Counted from the stretch's first letter, positions 18,401 through 28,586 are shown. The stretch: 64,000 nt of DNA from an uncultured bacterium (GCA_964562525.1 CAZLTL010000006.1:31187-95186), one strand, 5' to 3'. The notes: generated from the sequence alone by a model not told the origin. Numbers and translations are program-made.

Positions 18401-21400
18401 GGATGTTGAATGGTTTAACTGGCGCGTGGACAAACAAGGCAATCCAGTTTCGAATGCCGGGCCTATGAGCGAGCTTGTCACTTTGAATGTTGGTGACAGT
18501 ATCTACTTTGAGGTTCCAAAAAATAAGCCGGGTTTGATCGACTATTACTACCAAGTCGGAATGGAGGGCGAGAATTTTACTTTTCAGCGCTATGAACAAA
18601 GCGGGTCTGTTGCTCAACCTGCTGGTAAGAAAATCGAAATTCCCCGATCACTGCAAACGGATAAGGCCGCTAAAAACAGTGATAACTATCTATTTAGTTT
18701 TCAAGTTAATAATGGAAAACTAATGGTGAGTTCAGGCCAGAAATATGGCTTGCTAAAAAGTAAGGTTAAAAAAGACGGAGCGATTGGTGATAGTAAACCG
18801 AGCGTGCGACGAAAAAAATTTGACGATGCCGCTCGGTCTTATCGTGAAGCATTATCAAAAACAGATTTCCCCAGGTTGAGAAGTTTGTCAGCTGAATTAG
18901 ATGAAAAAATGGACGAAATTTTGGGGGTGGCTACGAATGGTTTATTTCTAATACCGCTTGGTTGGCTTGAAGGACGAATCAAAGAAATGGATGCGGGGTT
19001 GCGTCGAATTGAGAGACATGAGTTATCGGGTCAGGGTAAAGAAGCTTTGGGCTGGGCGATGCAGGTGCTGACGGAACAAATCAATCATTTTCGAAATTCT
19101 GTTGTTGCTGTTAATTTAGAACTCAATCTTTTGACCCAAGGAGAGAAAATTAATTACGATGTTTTTAGTGAGTTGATAGAGAGCTTTCTTCAAACCAACA
19201 GCTTATTTGCATTATCTCAAGAGTTGAATGTTCGCATGCAGTCCTACCCTGAGACAATTGAGTTCAGTTTAAAAAATGTCGATGCCGATTCAAAGATTTC
19301 TGCGCTTAAAAGGCGAATTTTCGATTATGGGCAAGCAACGGCTACTTTGACGCGTCTTGAAGACGCTCGAATATTTTTTGAGAACAGCTGGAAATTGTAT
19401 GATGATCTTGTTGGGTTGATTCAGCAAATGGCATTAGAAATTCAAAGACGTGATGAAACCGAAATGACGATTGAAAGAGGTGCTGAGGCAGCAAAAGAAC
19501 AGCGCAATCAGCTTTGGCGGAGTATTGATTATTATGAAGTGCTAGGTGTTTCTCGAGATGCTTCTCTAGGGGACATAAAAAATGCTTATCGCAGTTTAGT
19601 TCGCGCGGGTAATCATCCGGATAAGGTCGCAGGCGACTCTGCTACGCTAAAAGCAGCTGAAGAGAGATTTAAAGAAATAGGACCGGCATATGAGGTCTTA
19701 AGTAATGAAGTAGACCGCGCTGAATATGACAAAATTCATTTTGCCCGTTCCGAAGCTCGTTCGGTAGACTCAGGGCAAGCGCGGGACTCGTATGAGCGCT
19801 ACAAGCTTTTATCAGGGACTTTGGCAGATTTACCTGACCCTGTATTTGTCAACGATGGGGAAACGATTACTTTGCGGATTCCGCATGATGAAGTCGAAGG
19901 TAGTCAGCCCGAGCTTGATCTTTTGGTTGTATTCAAAAAATTTAATGGGAAGGTGTTTTTTGCCCACCTAGATTCATTTTCAGACTTATCAATGCTTGAT
20001 GAATATTACCGTTCTGCTGATCCTCTTCAGGAAGGTTCTCGAATCAAATGGGAAGAGGTGAACGAGACTTCAGAAGTTGAGATTATAGGTCGTGAGGAGG
20101 AAATGGATAGTGAGGGTACCAAGGTCAAGATTGTTTTTAGTGAACAGGGTTTTACGATTGCCAATGCCTCGATCTCGGATGTTTATTATTTTGAGGGTAA
20201 GCCCGGTCCGGAAATTATTGCTTCCGCTCTTCGGGATAGTTATCTTTCAAGTGCGAGCACAGGTTTGCCCATAGCCACCGAGCCAATTTTTATTGCCGGG
20301 GAGGATGCAACTGAAATTTTTAACTTGGTCACTGAGTTTATTAATCAGGGTCCGTATGTTCCTGCTGCAGGCGAAACCGCTCTCTACACAAAGGTGAAAC
20401 AACAAATTAGGTTGATTACCGAAAGAACCGGCGAAAAGTATCGATTCAACCCGATGATTCAAATAAATGCCTTAAGTGATACTTATAGAGCTTTAAACAA
20501 TTTTCTCATGAATCGATTTACTGACCTGGAAGGCTTGGAAAAAGGTGTGGTCATTCTCAAGCGAATTCCTAATCTTGAGAAGCTGATCGAAGTTTTAAGA
20601 CATTTAATATCAGCTTACGAGCTGGCTTTTAATCACCTTGAGAATTCAACTATTGAGATCGAGGTGGATGAAAAAGAAAACCATCGGCGTCATGCCTTGC
20701 AAATGCTGGTTGAGTTAAAAAAGATTGTTAATTCATATGATTCAATTCCTCCTGCCGAACGACCGCGGGCTGAAATCCAAGGAGAAGTTCGAATGGCAAG
20801 GTTGCCCAGCCAAAAAAACTTTTCCGAGTTCATTTCTTACAATGGCGATAAAATTCCACTTTGGGCAATTAAAAGAATTTATCTGCCGGATAATAGGGTT
20901 ATTCAATTTGGTGAGATTTCTCAGGCTAATAACGAGGATGGTGTGTATGATCGGGAGGATCGCACGAGAGACGTTAGGAATGCCTTGTCACCATTTCCAG
21001 AGAGTGCGGAGATCGTTTTTGAGCTGCAAGATGGCGTTTTATTAAAGCGAATTTTGGAAGCGGAAGAGTATGAGACGATAACGGCAGTCTATCCGGTTGA
21101 TTTTGACCCCAAAGAATTTAGCAGGCTTCCGCACGGAATAGATTTACCGGAGCGGCGGTTTATAAATGCAGTTAACGTGAACGGGTTTATTACCACCCTT
21201 TATGAGTTGGAATCTCTTTTGCCTGAGACTGGGTTAGCCGGCAGGACAGTGACTTTTTTCTATTCCGCGAATAACCATCTTCAAGCCTTCAAAATCAGTG
21301 ATGAAGCTAAACCTCAGTCTGAGCAATATGTTTACTCTCAGTTTCGAAATTCAAGCAATGTTCAGCCTATGTCCGCGCCTTTTTCTGCTCAGGAAACTCA

Positions 21401-23033
21401 AGAAATTGCAAAAAAGGATTTGGTTGACCTATTTGCGGATCTCTTTAATCGCCGTGCGTTGACCTCCGCGCAGAGGGTGGTTCCGTTGAGCGCGCTTATT
21501 CTTCAATTTTTGGCTGTCTCGCTTAACGCTAAGGCTGTTTCAGATTGGGCTCAGGAAGGCAAAGTTCCGCTGTTTGAAGTTGAGTTGGCGAACGAACAAA
21601 CCATTTCATTCAGCGGGCTTAATCCTGCTTTACATCACGATGATGCCGTGCGGATTGAAAGACTGCTATCTCAGATTGACGGGGGATTGGATGCCGCTTC
21701 TTTTCGAATTGTTTTGGCGCCTGCTGGACCGGCTACCCAGTCGAATCAAGCGGGGCAATTTTTTGATCGACCCGGGCGTGGTTTGGATGAGTTCAATGCC
21801 TGGCATAAGTTATCTGATGTCTTGGAACTGTTTTTTCTGTCAGTGGGCGAAACTGGCAAAGACAAGAAATTGGATGCTGCGTCAAAACAAAAACTTTTAG
21901 ATAAACTCGCCGTGCTTGTTGAGGCGATAGCCATGATTCATCCTTCAGTAACAGGAAGTGAAATTTATCATACTTTATATGCTGTCATGGATGCTTCAAT
22001 GTTTAGGGCTAAAAAACTAGATACAGGCAGCAGAATCAATGTTTTGATTAATTTGGCGCGCCAAATCAGAGCCGCTGCGCCTCAAGATCCTCAACAGAGC
22101 ATTTATGTGCAAGGTGAGTTTGAATCAAAATTAAAGACCCCAAACTTAGATCTAAATGAATTGGCAAAAGAGACTGCCCGCTCCGAAGCCCGTTCGGCAG
22201 ACTCAGGGCAAGCGCGGGAGGCTGAGGCGGTTGCGGGAGATGTGTTTGGCTTTTTTAAATCGCCCGCGGATTATTCTGCAGACCAGATAAATACTTTGGC
22301 AGATGAAATTGATACATTGGCTGATAAACAAGGGCTTGATGTTTTTGTGAATCTCTTGCGATCGATAGCTCGAGACTTAGCTGTCGTTAGTGTTCAGGGG
22401 AGCGAAAATATTTTAAGCAAAGAAGCGACAAGTTTTGCCGTGAAACTTTTTGTTGGACGCATGATGGCAGCAAAGCGGCAGTCGACTTTAATAGATGTAA
22501 AAATCGAGAAGCCAACCATTGCTTTAGCATTAAAATTGAATGATGCCCAAAAAGCTTCTCTGGGAGATAAGTTGTCCAGCGAATTGGCTGAAATTCTGGG
22601 TGCGGTTCAGATTGAGGCCAAAGATTTTAAAGAATTAGGTGCGTTTTTTAAGAGCGTAGGGGTTTTAGTGACAACGATTGATCCCGATCTAGCAAACGCA
22701 GTTGTATTAGAAAGTTTTGGTGCGGATTGGAGTGGTTTACCTGCCGTGGGTGTCTTAGAAGAATCGCAGCAATTTGATTCGGAGTTAGAAGGGATGCGTA
22801 TTTATTTGCAGCTTTTGATCGCGGCTTATTTAGCTCGGAGCTTTCCGGATAAGAAAGTAATTTTGACACCCGAGATTGTTGGCGAGATTAATAAGCTGCT
22901 GTTTCAATCTGATGCAGGGCAAGAAGGAATTGTGCAGATACAAAATGGTCAGTTAGTTGTTAAACGAAGCAGTCTGCTGGCATATATTCAAACCTTATTC
23001 GCGGCGCAATCTGCCGTTGCAGTCGCCGCGTAA
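12435..23033 (+). CDS. Giant multi-domain membrane protein (3532 aa): signal peptide, conserved extracytoplasmic N-module, transmembrane cluster carrying HExxH, MBL-fold domain, cNMP-binding-like domain, J-domain and a long C-terminal region. It is inserted between murD and ftsW.
   Basis: This is an uninterrupted 10.6-kb ORF. It has a cleavable-looking signal peptide ([32 protein letters not shown]). Its N-module is paralogous to the two other giant ORFs, and several internal motif matches are listed separately. Confidence 0.85.
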   Translation: MNRVPRIYKLIAVFTALCLECTSISIPTLHAQTVPQNILSVKKLNPEILKLPEKFGEVVESHAGNGNVIVVQDAHAIPDAQKNIANVIKYMQQEYGVGTVALEGASGDLDPQIFRSFPDKKLLREVMNGYMNSGEIAGGTAAAIFDETTTKYVGVEDWDVYEEGLGLYLSAMDKTAAIEAQLSALREKLNKEKEAIYPRALLEVDHEIEKFYENAAQLTELIKVLGAIQAPKAGSELEAVWKEVSKAHSPATGGERKDIEVRALAAKVEKVLKSPGAVKAFNSRKQEWMTGQISAEAFALNLKEFADQSGLNLEMSSDLLGMVRDQQTLKGLEGTKLFRDLEIYIREVKMQLTQRQQTDVSVSGVNAEMSAIRALDERTNSLRVLTKLSKLELSRQEWTNLSGNLVFEAFAALGLKQEDFLFHLAFYLNAEERDQIFFDNLKASVTGLRPSVIVAGGFHAEGITSRLKEAGMGYALVMPKINHIPENNSYKAQMRGEVSWKDYFEVENGRIHLYKAFVRATRDKLVADRRPEVGGQSDSELRTPDLGLLKAWRDQIIRDLSDMGKVNRAAWYTRFMDEVVDESLKHTDADKLMIKVDNFIRGLRGLEKNNQIDQANIADLLKASMASPAVTSPAVVGTPLSFPVNPASEVTMQEAWASVRESLPVAIINASPADNTQLQEQVTTIQANEPINYSGLSAEFDAAAIKQTALLSNLVRRVSSITDADLEYEWNEMGRLLRLVNGMKGEPDPRDPEAIFGSEERNFKLPVAMRSKIVRSLSERIQFKLAWTHAVNTFLNDAEGVSKLASRAAPALRESNDEGAAVEFEVLSPGQLTDEEFYRTLLGDNGTVSNGLIGSGNLVAAFRLVTQKMAVMIKAGPEGVPGGSRELIKRVHALDGVAKMIRDEITTMQRSEARVNENAPTDQAAREEALATDEKLKRLDVTTFFKEILKSEWKWLLVGFVLLILSTMLYDLVAVTTVAQFFLKSLGVGVGFSWGAILLFNPLTVLTHELGHFLTYRLVGGKSDNTFGFNRHSYFFNADDIYKLPIWKVRIVDMGGLVINTAIFATIGLISYLTLGATPVLIALAGLQLAEFIMASGDYEKFFNARGYQALSLDIAKFQEEIKNYKPEFHADGTRISAEADRPLDEQTQREARVDKTEEALRSGALTVEGKTAVFGPQANKDFAIGVSPEVSFVDLDKADFVTKAETFLFQSLFFAAAFLKIPVGKEQKLNTYKEVFEALQNAKAAVKNAGGLSLYAAQEKLKEAQAEKDEFVAEAQKRGFAEFLLPGGILSRRMEIFVPNENQRERLLKYLTLTFVGQSKESLLSDILKVQQKLGVTFDPAVLEQLLAEFESKRSFMFPGGVFAGKMDAEIQDIFGQFIQVKVLSQTQSVSSPSVGNIQLNLSGALVMGAGQSEVAVDWDQVLQSGELAPAWSEAFTAQLKKALIFKDGKLRVFNLGTGDPTPFSQNQDYTHMAFIVNGKMIVTDPSIRSIRNLERLGFLEKVEAIHLTHVHFDHVGGILDIARRKLKKSESLPKLKLVMPTVVALQLERTLAYNFSTMADDSNYDFSQLALVSELFDYRGPEKINKTIEISQLQESAEFKGVQIELAPTFGHPIPTYGVKLITQEGLKIAYLSDSVMPTPTIKAADGKAIPNPRYSEFVSYYADSDILIAENGVPGVHITPEQLAEAFPEHINNGTLFTVHSSGPQAQKGLIRFMPGMILSPLQSNQRKQDVQQSAATLIENEAIRDFLKLNLELAQELSSMGTKVSFSEGEVLFQQGNPVYDFDHVYISLSGETIVEGPGAKRLPSIGAGRLIGEMALLTKALTQEQYDQIMVAIGKGKDTAALDFFGRVTYDLVIEGQPPYRIVNPSFDLEIEAKELTEDQKSKLKPVFDIAKSGKPIPRSVTVRAGAGATYLAIPKDAFLQFLTRIDASKIDSSRQAFISAIYAQIGINLDSRKKMSELATPTQNETDVVKASADTSVRSEARADVEWFNWRVDKQGNPVSNAGPMSELVTLNVGDSIYFEVPKNKPGLIDYYYQVGMEGENFTFQRYEQSGSVAQPAGKKIEIPRSLQTDKAAKNSDNYLFSFQVNNGKLMVSSGQKYGLLKSKVKKDGAIGDSKPSVRRKKFDDAARSYREALSKTDFPRLRSLSAELDEKMDEILGVATNGLFLIPLGWLEGRIKEMDAGLRRIERHELSGQGKEALGWAMQVLTEQINHFRNSVVAVNLELNLLTQGEKINYDVFSELIESFLQTNSLFALSQELNVRMQSYPETIEFSLKNVDADSKISALKRRIFDYGQATATLTRLEDARIFFENSWKLYDDLVGLIQQMALEIQRRDETEMTIERGAEAAKEQRNQLWRSIDYYEVLGVSRDASLGDIKNAYRSLVRAGNHPDKVAGDSATLKAAEERFKEIGPAYEVLSNEVDRAEYDKIHFARSEARSVDSGQARDSYERYKLLSGTLADLPDPVFVNDGETITLRIPHDEVEGSQPELDLLVVFKKFNGKVFFAHLDSFSDLSMLDEYYRSADPLQEGSRIKWEEVNETSEVEIIGREEEMDSEGTKVKIVFSEQGFTIANASISDVYYFEGKPGPEIIASALRDSYLSSASTGLPIATEPIFIAGEDATEIFNLVTEFINQGPYVPAAGETALYTKVKQQIRLITERTGEKYRFNPMIQINALSDTYRALNNFLMNRFTDLEGLEKGVVILKRIPNLEKLIEVLRHLISAYELAFNHLENSTIEIEVDEKENHRRHALQMLVELKKIVNSYDSIPPAERPRAEIQGEVRMARLPSQKNFSEFISYNGDKIPLWAIKRIYLPDNRVIQFGEISQANNEDGVYDREDRTRDVRNALSPFPESAEIVFELQDGVLLKRILEAEEYETITAVYPVDFDPKEFSRLPHGIDLPERRFINAVNVNGFITTLYELESLLPETGLAGRTVTFFYSANNHLQAFKISDEAKPQSEQYVYSQFRNSSNVQPMSAPFSAQETQEIAKKDLVDLFADLFNRRALTSAQRVVPLSALILQFLAVSLNAKAVSDWAQEGKVPLFEVELANEQTISFSGLNPALHHDDAVRIERLLSQIDGGLDAASFRIVLAPAGPATQSNQAGQFFDRPGRGLDEFNAWHKLSDVLELFFLSVGETGKDKKLDAASKQKLLDKLAVLVEAIAMIHPSVTGSEIYHTLYAVMDASMFRAKKLDTGSRINVLINLARQIRAAAPQDPQQSIYVQGEFESKLKTPNLDLNELAKETARSEARSADSGQAREAEAVAGDVFGFFKSPADYSADQINTLADEIDTLADKQGLDVFVNLLRSIARDLAVVSVQGSENILSKEATSFAVKLFVGRMMAAKRQSTLIDVKIEKPTIALALKLNDAQKASLGDKLSSELAEILGAVQIEAKDFKELGAFFKSVGVLVTTIDPDLANAVVLESFGADWSGLPAVGVLEESQQFDSELEGMRIYLQLLIAAYLARSFPDKKVILTPEIVGEINKLLFQSDAGQEGIVQIQNGQLVVKRSSLLAYIQTLFAAQSAVAVAA
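12531..13880 (+). other. Shared N-terminal module of giant 1 (motifs QDAHA at 12648-12662, LEGA, and AGGFHAEG at 13797-13820); possible Tiki/TraB/GumN-like fold
   Basis: It aligns by eye with the N-modules of the 1141-aa and 4733-aa ORFs, for example [32 protein letters not shown] versus HIQDAHA..VIKYLNTNYGFKTILVEGAASELDP. The xAH...E...GxxHxxG pattern resembles the TraB/GumN signature, which is an inference. Confidence 0.5.
15291..15740 (+). other. Transmembrane cluster in giant 1 carrying an intramembrane HExxH motif (HELGH at 15456-15470) of site-2-protease (M50) type
   Basis: The sequence [24 protein letters not shown], flanked by hydrophobic helices, resembles the RseP/SpoIVFB HEFGHF motif context. 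Confidence 0.4.
16790..17550 (+). other. Metallo-beta-lactamase-fold domain in giant 1 (HxHxDH at 16956-16991)
   Basis: The MBL motif 2 is a strong match ([12 protein letters not shown]). Downstream there are GHP and D/H positions ([22 protein letters not shown]). Confidence 0.6.
17700..17910 (+). other. cNMP-binding (CAP-family)-like domain in giant 1
   Basis: The sequence [53 protein letters not shown] matches the G-E-x-F-x-Q-G ... F-G-E-x-A-L-L beta-roll pattern. Confidence 0.45.
19527..19733 (+). other. DnaJ-type J-domain embedded at about aa 2365-2433 of giant 1 (HPD at 19614-19622)
   Basis: The sequence [69 protein letters not shown] shows canonical helix II, the HPD loop and helix III. 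Confidence 0.8.
19743..19786 (+). repeat. Intragenic 44-nt near-identical direct repeat, copy A; copy B is at 22176-22219 (40/44 identical). Both encode ARSEARS(V/A)DSGQAR, and a shorter related copy is at about 18384-18404.
   Basis: The sequence gcccgttccgaagctcgttcggtagactcagggcaagcgcggga is compared with gcccgctccgaagcccgttcggcagactcagggcaagcgcggga. Both contain the internal palindrome ccgaa-N5-ttcgg. Confidence 0.8.
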
Positions 23034-23065
23034 TCTTTTCCTTATCAGCACCACAAGTCCCGGGT

Positions 23066-23107
23066 TGGTTTTGGTCGTTGGTCTCTAGTCGTTAGTCTTT
23101 AGTCTGT
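23066..23107 (+). repeat. Degenerate heptanucleotide tandem array ((a/g)gtc(g/t)(t/c)t x5-6) ending about 10 nt upstream of a TATTAT -10-like box and 16 nt before the ftsW ATG
   Basis: The sequence reads directly as ggtcgtt ggtctct agtcgtt agtcttt agtctgt ggtatta tctgctcc ATG. Confidence 0.7.
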
Positions 23108-23122
23108 GGTATTATCTGCTCC

Positions 23123-24229
23123 ATGTCACGCGAAGGCCGTCTTCTTTTTTGGGCTTCTTTTATCCTTGTCGGATTTGGTTTGGTCATGGTTTATAGCTCC
23201 AGCGCCGTTGTTGCTGCTGAGCAATACAAACATGCTTCCTATTATCTGACACGCCAGGCTTTATTTGCCGGTTTGGGAGTAATGGCTTTCTTTCTCGTTG
23301 CCTCCATTCCGCTGAGTTTTTATAAAGATCACGCGCGCACAATTATGTTTTGCGCCATCGGACTGACTTTGCTTGTCTTCGTTCCTGGTTTGGGCCGTTC
23401 AGCGGGTGGTGCGCGCCGCTGGATTACTTTGGGCGGATTTAATATTCAGCCCGCTGAGTTTGTAAAGCTGGCTGCTTGTATTTATTTAGCCAACTACTTA
23501 TCCCGAAAAGTAACCGTCGTTCAAAAGGGAACTTTAAGTGTTTATATTCCACCCGCAATTTTGATCGGATTGGTGTGCCTCTTGGTTTTGGTTCAGCCCG
23601 ACTTGGGTTCTTTCGCTTTTCTTGTGATTTTGACCAGTTTGGCATTTTTCGTGACTGGTCTTCCGGTCCGCTTCGTTGCTATTGCTTTGGGTGTTTTGAT
23701 TCCTGCGTTTTATTTCCTGATTGTGCGTGTGCCTTATCGTATGAAGCGCCTCGAAGCCTATCTTAATCCTTGGGATGATCCGCAAGGCAAAGGTTTCCAG
23801 ATTATTCAGTCTTTGCTTTCTTTTGCTTTGGGCGGAACCACCGGTGCGGGGCTTGGGCAGGGAACTCAGAAACTTTATTATCTGCCGTCAGGGCACAATG
23901 ACTTTATCTTTGCTGTAATCGGCGAAGAGTTGGGGCTTTTCGGGACTTGTTTTGTTTTGGCCGCTTTTTTGGTGATTTTTTACGCCGTCGTGAAGATCGC
24001 TTCCCGGCGTCAGCAGATTTTTGAAAAACTTCTCGTTTTGCTTTTAGGCTATTACCTCGTTATTCAAGCGATGATTCATATGATGGTGTGCACCGGTTTA
24101 GTCCCTACAAAAGGCTTGCCGCTTCCTTTCATTAGTTATGGTGGCAGTGCTTTAATTGCGAATATGGTGGCGGTGGGGTTGATTATTGCGTGTGACAGAC
24201 ATACCCGAGTCGAATGGAAACCGCAATAA
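23123..24229 (+). CDS. ftsW: Cell-division / peptidoglycan glycosyltransferase FtsW (SEDS family)
   Basis: It is a 10-transmembrane SEDS protein (GLVMVYSSS ... PTKGLPLPFISYGGSA). It occupies the dcw position between murD and murG. Confidence 0.88.
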   Translation: MSREGRLLFWASFILVGFGLVMVYSSSAVVAAEQYKHASYYLTRQALFAGLGVMAFFLVASIPLSFYKDHARTIMFCAIGLTLLVFVPGLGRSAGGARRWITLGGFNIQPAEFVKLAACIYLANYLSRKVTVVQKGTLSVYIPPAILIGLVCLLVLVQPDLGSFAFLVILTSLAFFVTGLPVRFVAIALGVLIPAFYFLIVRVPYRMKRLEAYLNPWDDPQGKGFQIIQSLLSFALGGTTGAGLGQGTQKLYYLPSGHNDFIFAVIGEELGLFGTCFVLAAFLVIFYAVVKIASRRQQIFEKLLVLLLGYYLVIQAMIHMMVCTGLVPTKGLPLPFISYGGSALIANMVAVGLIIACDRHTRVEWKPQ

Positions 24230-24233
24230 CCCG

Positions 24234-25340
24234 ATGAAGACGATTGTTGTTTTTTCTGGTCCGTCGGGGGGGCATTTATTTCCGGCGCAGGCATTTGCGG
24301 AAGTTGCTCATGCGGAATCTGCTGATTTTAAAATTATTTTGGTGACCAGCGTTCGGGCTCGGGGACTTTGCGCAAAATTTCCTGCGGATATTTTTTCTGA
24401 AATTATTTATCTCCCGGAATTCGGCTCGCCGATTGGCTTTTCCTGGGCCGGCTTCAAGGCGCTGCTCAATATTCCCGTTGCGATGGTTCAAAGCTGGATT
24501 TTGCTTTCTCGTTTAAAACCGGATTTGTGCGTTGGCTTTGGCAGTTTCGTTTCGTATTTTGGGATGCTTTTCGCTGCATGGCGGGGAATTCCGACTTTAA
24601 TTCATGAACAAAATCAAATGCCTGGCAAAGCAACGCGCATGCTGCAAGGGTGGGTCAAAACCGTCGCAGTTTCATTTCCTGAAACGCATTTTCGTAAAAA
24701 ACCACACGAAGTGATTGTGACCGGGTTGCCAATTAGGCGTGCAATTCGAGAAAACCGCATTGATTTTGACAAAAAACAAGGGCATCCGTTCACGGTTTTG
24801 GTTTGTGGCGGCTCGCAAGGTTCGGCTTTTTTAAACCGGGCGGTTCTATCCGCATTTTCTGGTTTTTCCGCTGAAGAACGTGCGAAATTTGCCGTTATAC
24901 ATATCACGGGAAATTCGGCTGAAAATTTGGTTCGCGAAACTTACGCGAAGTTAGGGATTTCCGCCGAAGTTTATTCCTTCTTTGAAAAAATGCACGTTTT
25001 GTACAACCGGGCGAATATGGCTGTTTCAAGGGCAGGAGCCAATAGCTCGTTTGAACAGGCTTTGTACGGTATTCCAACGGTGTTCATTCCGTATCCTTTC
25101 GCGGAAGGGCATCAAAATGATAATGCAAAGTACTTTGTTGATCATGGTGCAGCAATCATAGTGCCTCAGGATGAGCAGGCTGGTAAGCAAGTCGGGGCTT
25201 TGATTCAGGCTTGGTCTGAGCGGTCGGCTGAATACCATGAGGCGGTCAAAAAAATGATCTCGGTGAGCTTTGAAAATGGGGACATTCGTCTCTGGAATAT
25301 TGCCAAAAATATGTTAAAACTTAACACATGCAATTCTTAA
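24234..25340 (+). CDS. murG: Undecaprenyl-PP-MurNAc-pentapeptide UDP-GlcNAc transferase (MurG)
   Basis: The N-terminal motif is GGTGGH-like (SGPSGGHLFPA) and the C-terminal motif is VSRAGANSSFE. The track ORF begins at 24186, but the MKTIVVF start at 24234 avoids overlap with ftsW. Confidence 0.88.
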   Translation: MKTIVVFSGPSGGHLFPAQAFAEVAHAESADFKIILVTSVRARGLCAKFPADIFSEIIYLPEFGSPIGFSWAGFKALLNIPVAMVQSWILLSRLKPDLCVGFGSFVSYFGMLFAAWRGIPTLIHEQNQMPGKATRMLQGWVKTVAVSFPETHFRKKPHEVIVTGLPIRRAIRENRIDFDKKQGHPFTVLVCGGSQGSAFLNRAVLSAFSGFSAEERAKFAVIHITGNSAENLVRETYAKLGISAEVYSFFEKMHVLYNRANMAVSRAGANSSFEQALYGIPTVFIPYPFAEGHQNDNAKYFVDHGAAIIVPQDEQAGKQVGALIQAWSERSAEYHEAVKKMISVSFENGDIRLWNIAKNMLKLNTCNS

Positions 25341-26740
25341 ATTCGGAATATCAAAATTTGTTCGGAAAAGTCCGCTCAGTTTACCTTGTCGGTATTGGCG
25401 GAGCGGGTATGAGCGGGTTAGCACGCATCTTAAAAACACAGGGTTTTGATGTTTCAGGCTCTGACCGCAAAGCGACTCCCATTCTTGAGCAATTACAGGC
25501 CGAAGGCATTCAGATTCATGTCGGTCAGCAATCTCCTGGATTTACGCAAACAGACTTGGTGATTTATTCGACGGCCATTGCTCCCGACCATATTGAAATG
25601 AAGCAGGCCCGTGAAAAGGGAATTCGCACCTGTCATCGCGCTGAAGCTTTAGCCGCAGTGTTCAACCAAGCTGAAACGTCGATTGCGATTACCGGAACGC
25701 ATGGCAAAACAACCACTTCCGCGATGGTTTCATTTTTACTCGCCAAGCTGGGTAAGTCCCCAACGAGTTTTGTCGGCAGTGAAATGCTGAATTTTGGAAG
25801 CAATGTTTTATCCGGTTCCGCGAATAATTATTTTGTTGCGGAAGTGGATGAAAGCGATCGGACGCATGAGCTTTTTTCTCCGAATTACGCGATTATTACC
25901 AATCTGGAAATGGATCACCACGAGAGTTATGAATCGATGGAAGTGCTTGGCGATTCATTCCGAAAATTTTTAAGCCGTTTTCATTTTCCGGGGCTCGCAG
26001 TGCATTGCGGTGATGACGCTTTTCTGCATCAGGTGGTTAAAAGCTCCGGTAAACCCAGCCTGAGTTACGGCCTTCAGCCGCAAAATGATTTTTCGGCCCG
26101 TAATATTGAGTTTCGCTCTTTCGGATCCGAGTTTGACTGGTATGAGGGAGATTTCTTTCTGACGCGTGTTCGGCTTTCAATACCGGGCGTTCATAATATT
26201 TATAACTCGATGGGTGCGCTGATTGTGTGCCTACAGCTGGGATTTGATCTCGAAGCTTTAAAAGCCGCCATTTTTGAATTCCGCGGAACTCGCCGCCGCC
26301 TCGAAATAAAATATGACTGTGATGCGATGACGGTTGTGGATGATTATGCGCATCACCCGACGGAAATTACGGCTTCATTGCGGGCGCTTCAGTCTTCGGG
26401 CCGGAAAGTTTTGACAGTGTTTCAGCCGCATCGTTATTCGCGTGTTCGGCATCTCTTTAAAGAATTTGCCGGCGCTTTGGGTGAAGCGCAGGAAGTGTAT
26501 CTGACTGATATTTATGCCGCGGGCGAGCAGAATCCTGATAACGTCAGTATTCAAATGATTTACGAAGAAGCGCAGAAACACGGCATTCATCGAATTACGA
26601 TGGTGAAAAAACAAGATTTGGTTCCAACCTTGCTTCGGCGGCGTGTTGCCAACGAAGTGATTGCTTTTTTAGGCGCGGGAGATATTGGAGAAGTAGCGGA
26701 TGAATTTGTCAGCAGTTACCGATCTCAAAATCAGGCGTAA
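25328..26740 (+). CDS. murC: UDP-N-acetylmuramate--L-alanine ligase (MurC)
   Basis: The N-terminal Rossmann region is VYLVGIGGAGMSGLA. The Mur ligase P-loop is IAITGTHGKTTT. Confidence 0.92.
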   Translation: MQFLNSEYQNLFGKVRSVYLVGIGGAGMSGLARILKTQGFDVSGSDRKATPILEQLQAEGIQIHVGQQSPGFTQTDLVIYSTAIAPDHIEMKQAREKGIRTCHRAEALAAVFNQAETSIAITGTHGKTTTSAMVSFLLAKLGKSPTSFVGSEMLNFGSNVLSGSANNYFVAEVDESDRTHELFSPNYAIITNLEMDHHESYESMEVLGDSFRKFLSRFHFPGLAVHCGDDAFLHQVVKSSGKPSLSYGLQPQNDFSARNIEFRSFGSEFDWYEGDFFLTRVRLSIPGVHNIYNSMGALIVCLQLGFDLEALKAAIFEFRGTRRRLEIKYDCDAMTVVDDYAHHPTEITASLRALQSSGRKVLTVFQPHRYSRVRHLFKEFAGALGEAQEVYLTDIYAAGEQNPDNVSIQMIYEEAQKHGIHRITMVKKQDLVPTLLRRRVANEVIAFLGAGDIGEVADEFVSSYRSQNQA

Positions 26741-27611
26741 TGTCGCTCTTTCCGGTTTTGTAACCATGCAAACCGGGGGACGCGCGAATTATTTCGCGGA
26801 ACCGACCGCGACAGAGGATTTGTCTGCCGTTTTGAGCTGGGCGCAGGAGGAAAAGATTCCTTACTTTATTTTGGGTAAGGGATCTAATGTTGTTTTTGAT
26901 GACGAGGGTTTTGACGGCTTGATTATTTCGATGCTGCGTTTCCGCAGTGAAGACCTCCGGCGCGAAGGTAATGAAGTGATCGCGGGCGCGGGTGTTCATC
27001 TTTACCGCTTGGCGAAGTATTGCTGTAATCAGGGACTTGCCGGGGGCGAGTTTTTTGCGAATATTCCGGGCACGGTGGGCGGAGCGGTTTATATGAACGC
27101 GGGATTTAGCCGTATTGCCGGTAAGAAAAATGAAACCGCTGATGTTTTAAAAGAAGTTCGTCTTCTTGACGCGCACGGTAAGGAAAAGCTGTATAAGCGT
27201 GATGAATTGGTTTTTGAATACCGCAAGTCGAAGCTTCCGCCCAAATCGTTTGTTGTTGAAGCGCGCTTTGGCTTTCAGCCCGGAACTCAGGCGGAAATCA
27301 CCGCTGAGATGCAGGCTAATTTTGATTACCGCAACACCAAACAAGATTTAAAGTTTCCGAGCTCCGGATCCATTTTTAAAAACCCTTCGCCGCCTTCGCC
27401 TTCCGCAGGTTTATTGATTGATCGAAACGGTTTAAAGGGCAAGCGTGTCGGCGGTATGATGGTTTCTGAAAAGCATGGAAATTATTTCATCAATGTGGGA
27501 AAGGGGACATGCCGCGATTTAAAAACCCTCATTGAAGAAGTTCAGACTGTCATTTTTGTTTCTGAAGGAATTCGGCTCGAACCCGAAGTCCGTATTATCG
27601 CTTCCAAGTAA
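26700..27611 (+). CDS. murB: UDP-N-acetylenolpyruvoylglucosamine reductase (MurB)
   Basis: The FAD-binding domain is visible (TMQTGGRANYF ... ILGKGSNVV) and the C-terminal MurB domain is present. It overlaps murC by 41 nt. Confidence 0.85.
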   Translation: MNLSAVTDLKIRRNVALSGFVTMQTGGRANYFAEPTATEDLSAVLSWAQEEKIPYFILGKGSNVVFDDEGFDGLIISMLRFRSEDLRREGNEVIAGAGVHLYRLAKYCCNQGLAGGEFFANIPGTVGGAVYMNAGFSRIAGKKNETADVLKEVRLLDAHGKEKLYKRDELVFEYRKSKLPPKSFVVEARFGFQPGTQAEITAEMQANFDYRNTKQDLKFPSSGSIFKNPSPPSPSAGLLIDRNGLKGKRVGGMMVSEKHGNYFINVGKGTCRDLKTLIEEVQTVIFVSEGIRLEPEVRIIASK

Positions 27612-27621
27612 TTTATTTTTT

Positions 27622-28542
27622 GTGAATTTATCCTCTTATAAGATTGGCGTACTCATGGGCGGTTTTTCATCCGAGCGCCCGATTTCGATTAAATCCGGAA
27701 CGGCTGTTCTTGAATCTATGAAACGCAGCGGTCTTCGGGCCGTTGCGATTGATCCCCGCGCAAAAAACTTCGATAAAAAATTAGCCCAGGTGGACGCTGT
27801 TTTTATCGCGCTTCACGGCGAATTCGGTGAAGACGGACAAATCCAGCAAATTCTTGAAAAGAAAAAAATTCCTTACGCGGGCTCGCAGACGGTGGGTATG
27901 CGAATCAGCTTTGATAAGCTCAAAACGAAGCAGATTTTAAAGCGCAAAGGGTTGCCGACACCGCCTTTTTGGATTCTCACCAAGTCGAATTGGAAGCGAA
28001 TTGCTTCAAAAATTCAGGGTTCTTTTTTTATTAAACCTCTTACGGAAGGTTCCAGTGTCGGAGTTGAACTGATTGAAAGTTTTGAAAAAAATGCCGATAT
28101 TATCCGGAAGTCGGTAGCGCGCTATGGAAAAATTCTGGCGGAAGCGAAGGTCACGGGGCGGGAAGTGACAGCGGGAATTTTGGGCAGTAAAAAGCTTCCC
28201 GTTGTTGAGATTCGGACATCCCGGGCTTTTTATGATTACACGGCTAAGTACACTCCCGGGCACACAGAATATGTGACGGAACATGGGCTTCCGGAGAAAC
28301 AGGTTAAACGCATTCAGAATACCGCGCTGAAAGTCTTTAAAGCTTTGAAGATGCGGGATTTTGGCCGCGTCGATATGATGTTGGATGAGCAGGGGCGGCC
28401 TTTTGTTTTGGAAGCGAACAGCATTCCGGGCTTAACCGCCATGAGCTTGCTGCCGAAAGCCGCTCAAAAGGCGGGCATTTCGTTTGATGAACTTATTTTG
28501 ACAATTATTGGCATGGCCGCGAAACGGCTTAAGAAAAAATAA
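27622..28542 (+). CDS. ddl: D-alanine--D-alanine ligase (Ddl). The start is probably the GTG at 27622 or the ATG at 27655, because the ATG-defined track ORF overlaps murB.
   Basis: The N-terminus is KIGVLMGGFSSERPISIKSG, typical of Ddl, followed by an ATP-grasp domain (EGSSVGVE ... LEANSIPGLT). Confidence 0.85.
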   Translation: MNLSSYKIGVLMGGFSSERPISIKSGTAVLESMKRSGLRAVAIDPRAKNFDKKLAQVDAVFIALHGEFGEDGQIQQILEKKKIPYAGSQTVGMRISFDKLKTKQILKRKGLPTPPFWILTKSNWKRIASKIQGSFFIKPLTEGSSVGVELIESFEKNADIIRKSVARYGKILAEAKVTGREVTAGILGSKKLPVVEIRTSRAFYDYTAKYTPGHTEYVTEHGLPEKQVKRIQNTALKVFKALKMRDFGRVDMMLDEQGRPFVLEANSIPGLTAMSLLPKAAQKAGISFDELILTIIGMAAKRLKKK

Positions 28543-28586
28543 ATACGAGGAGCTCCGACTGCGGTTTGCGGGAGTGGGATTGAAAA

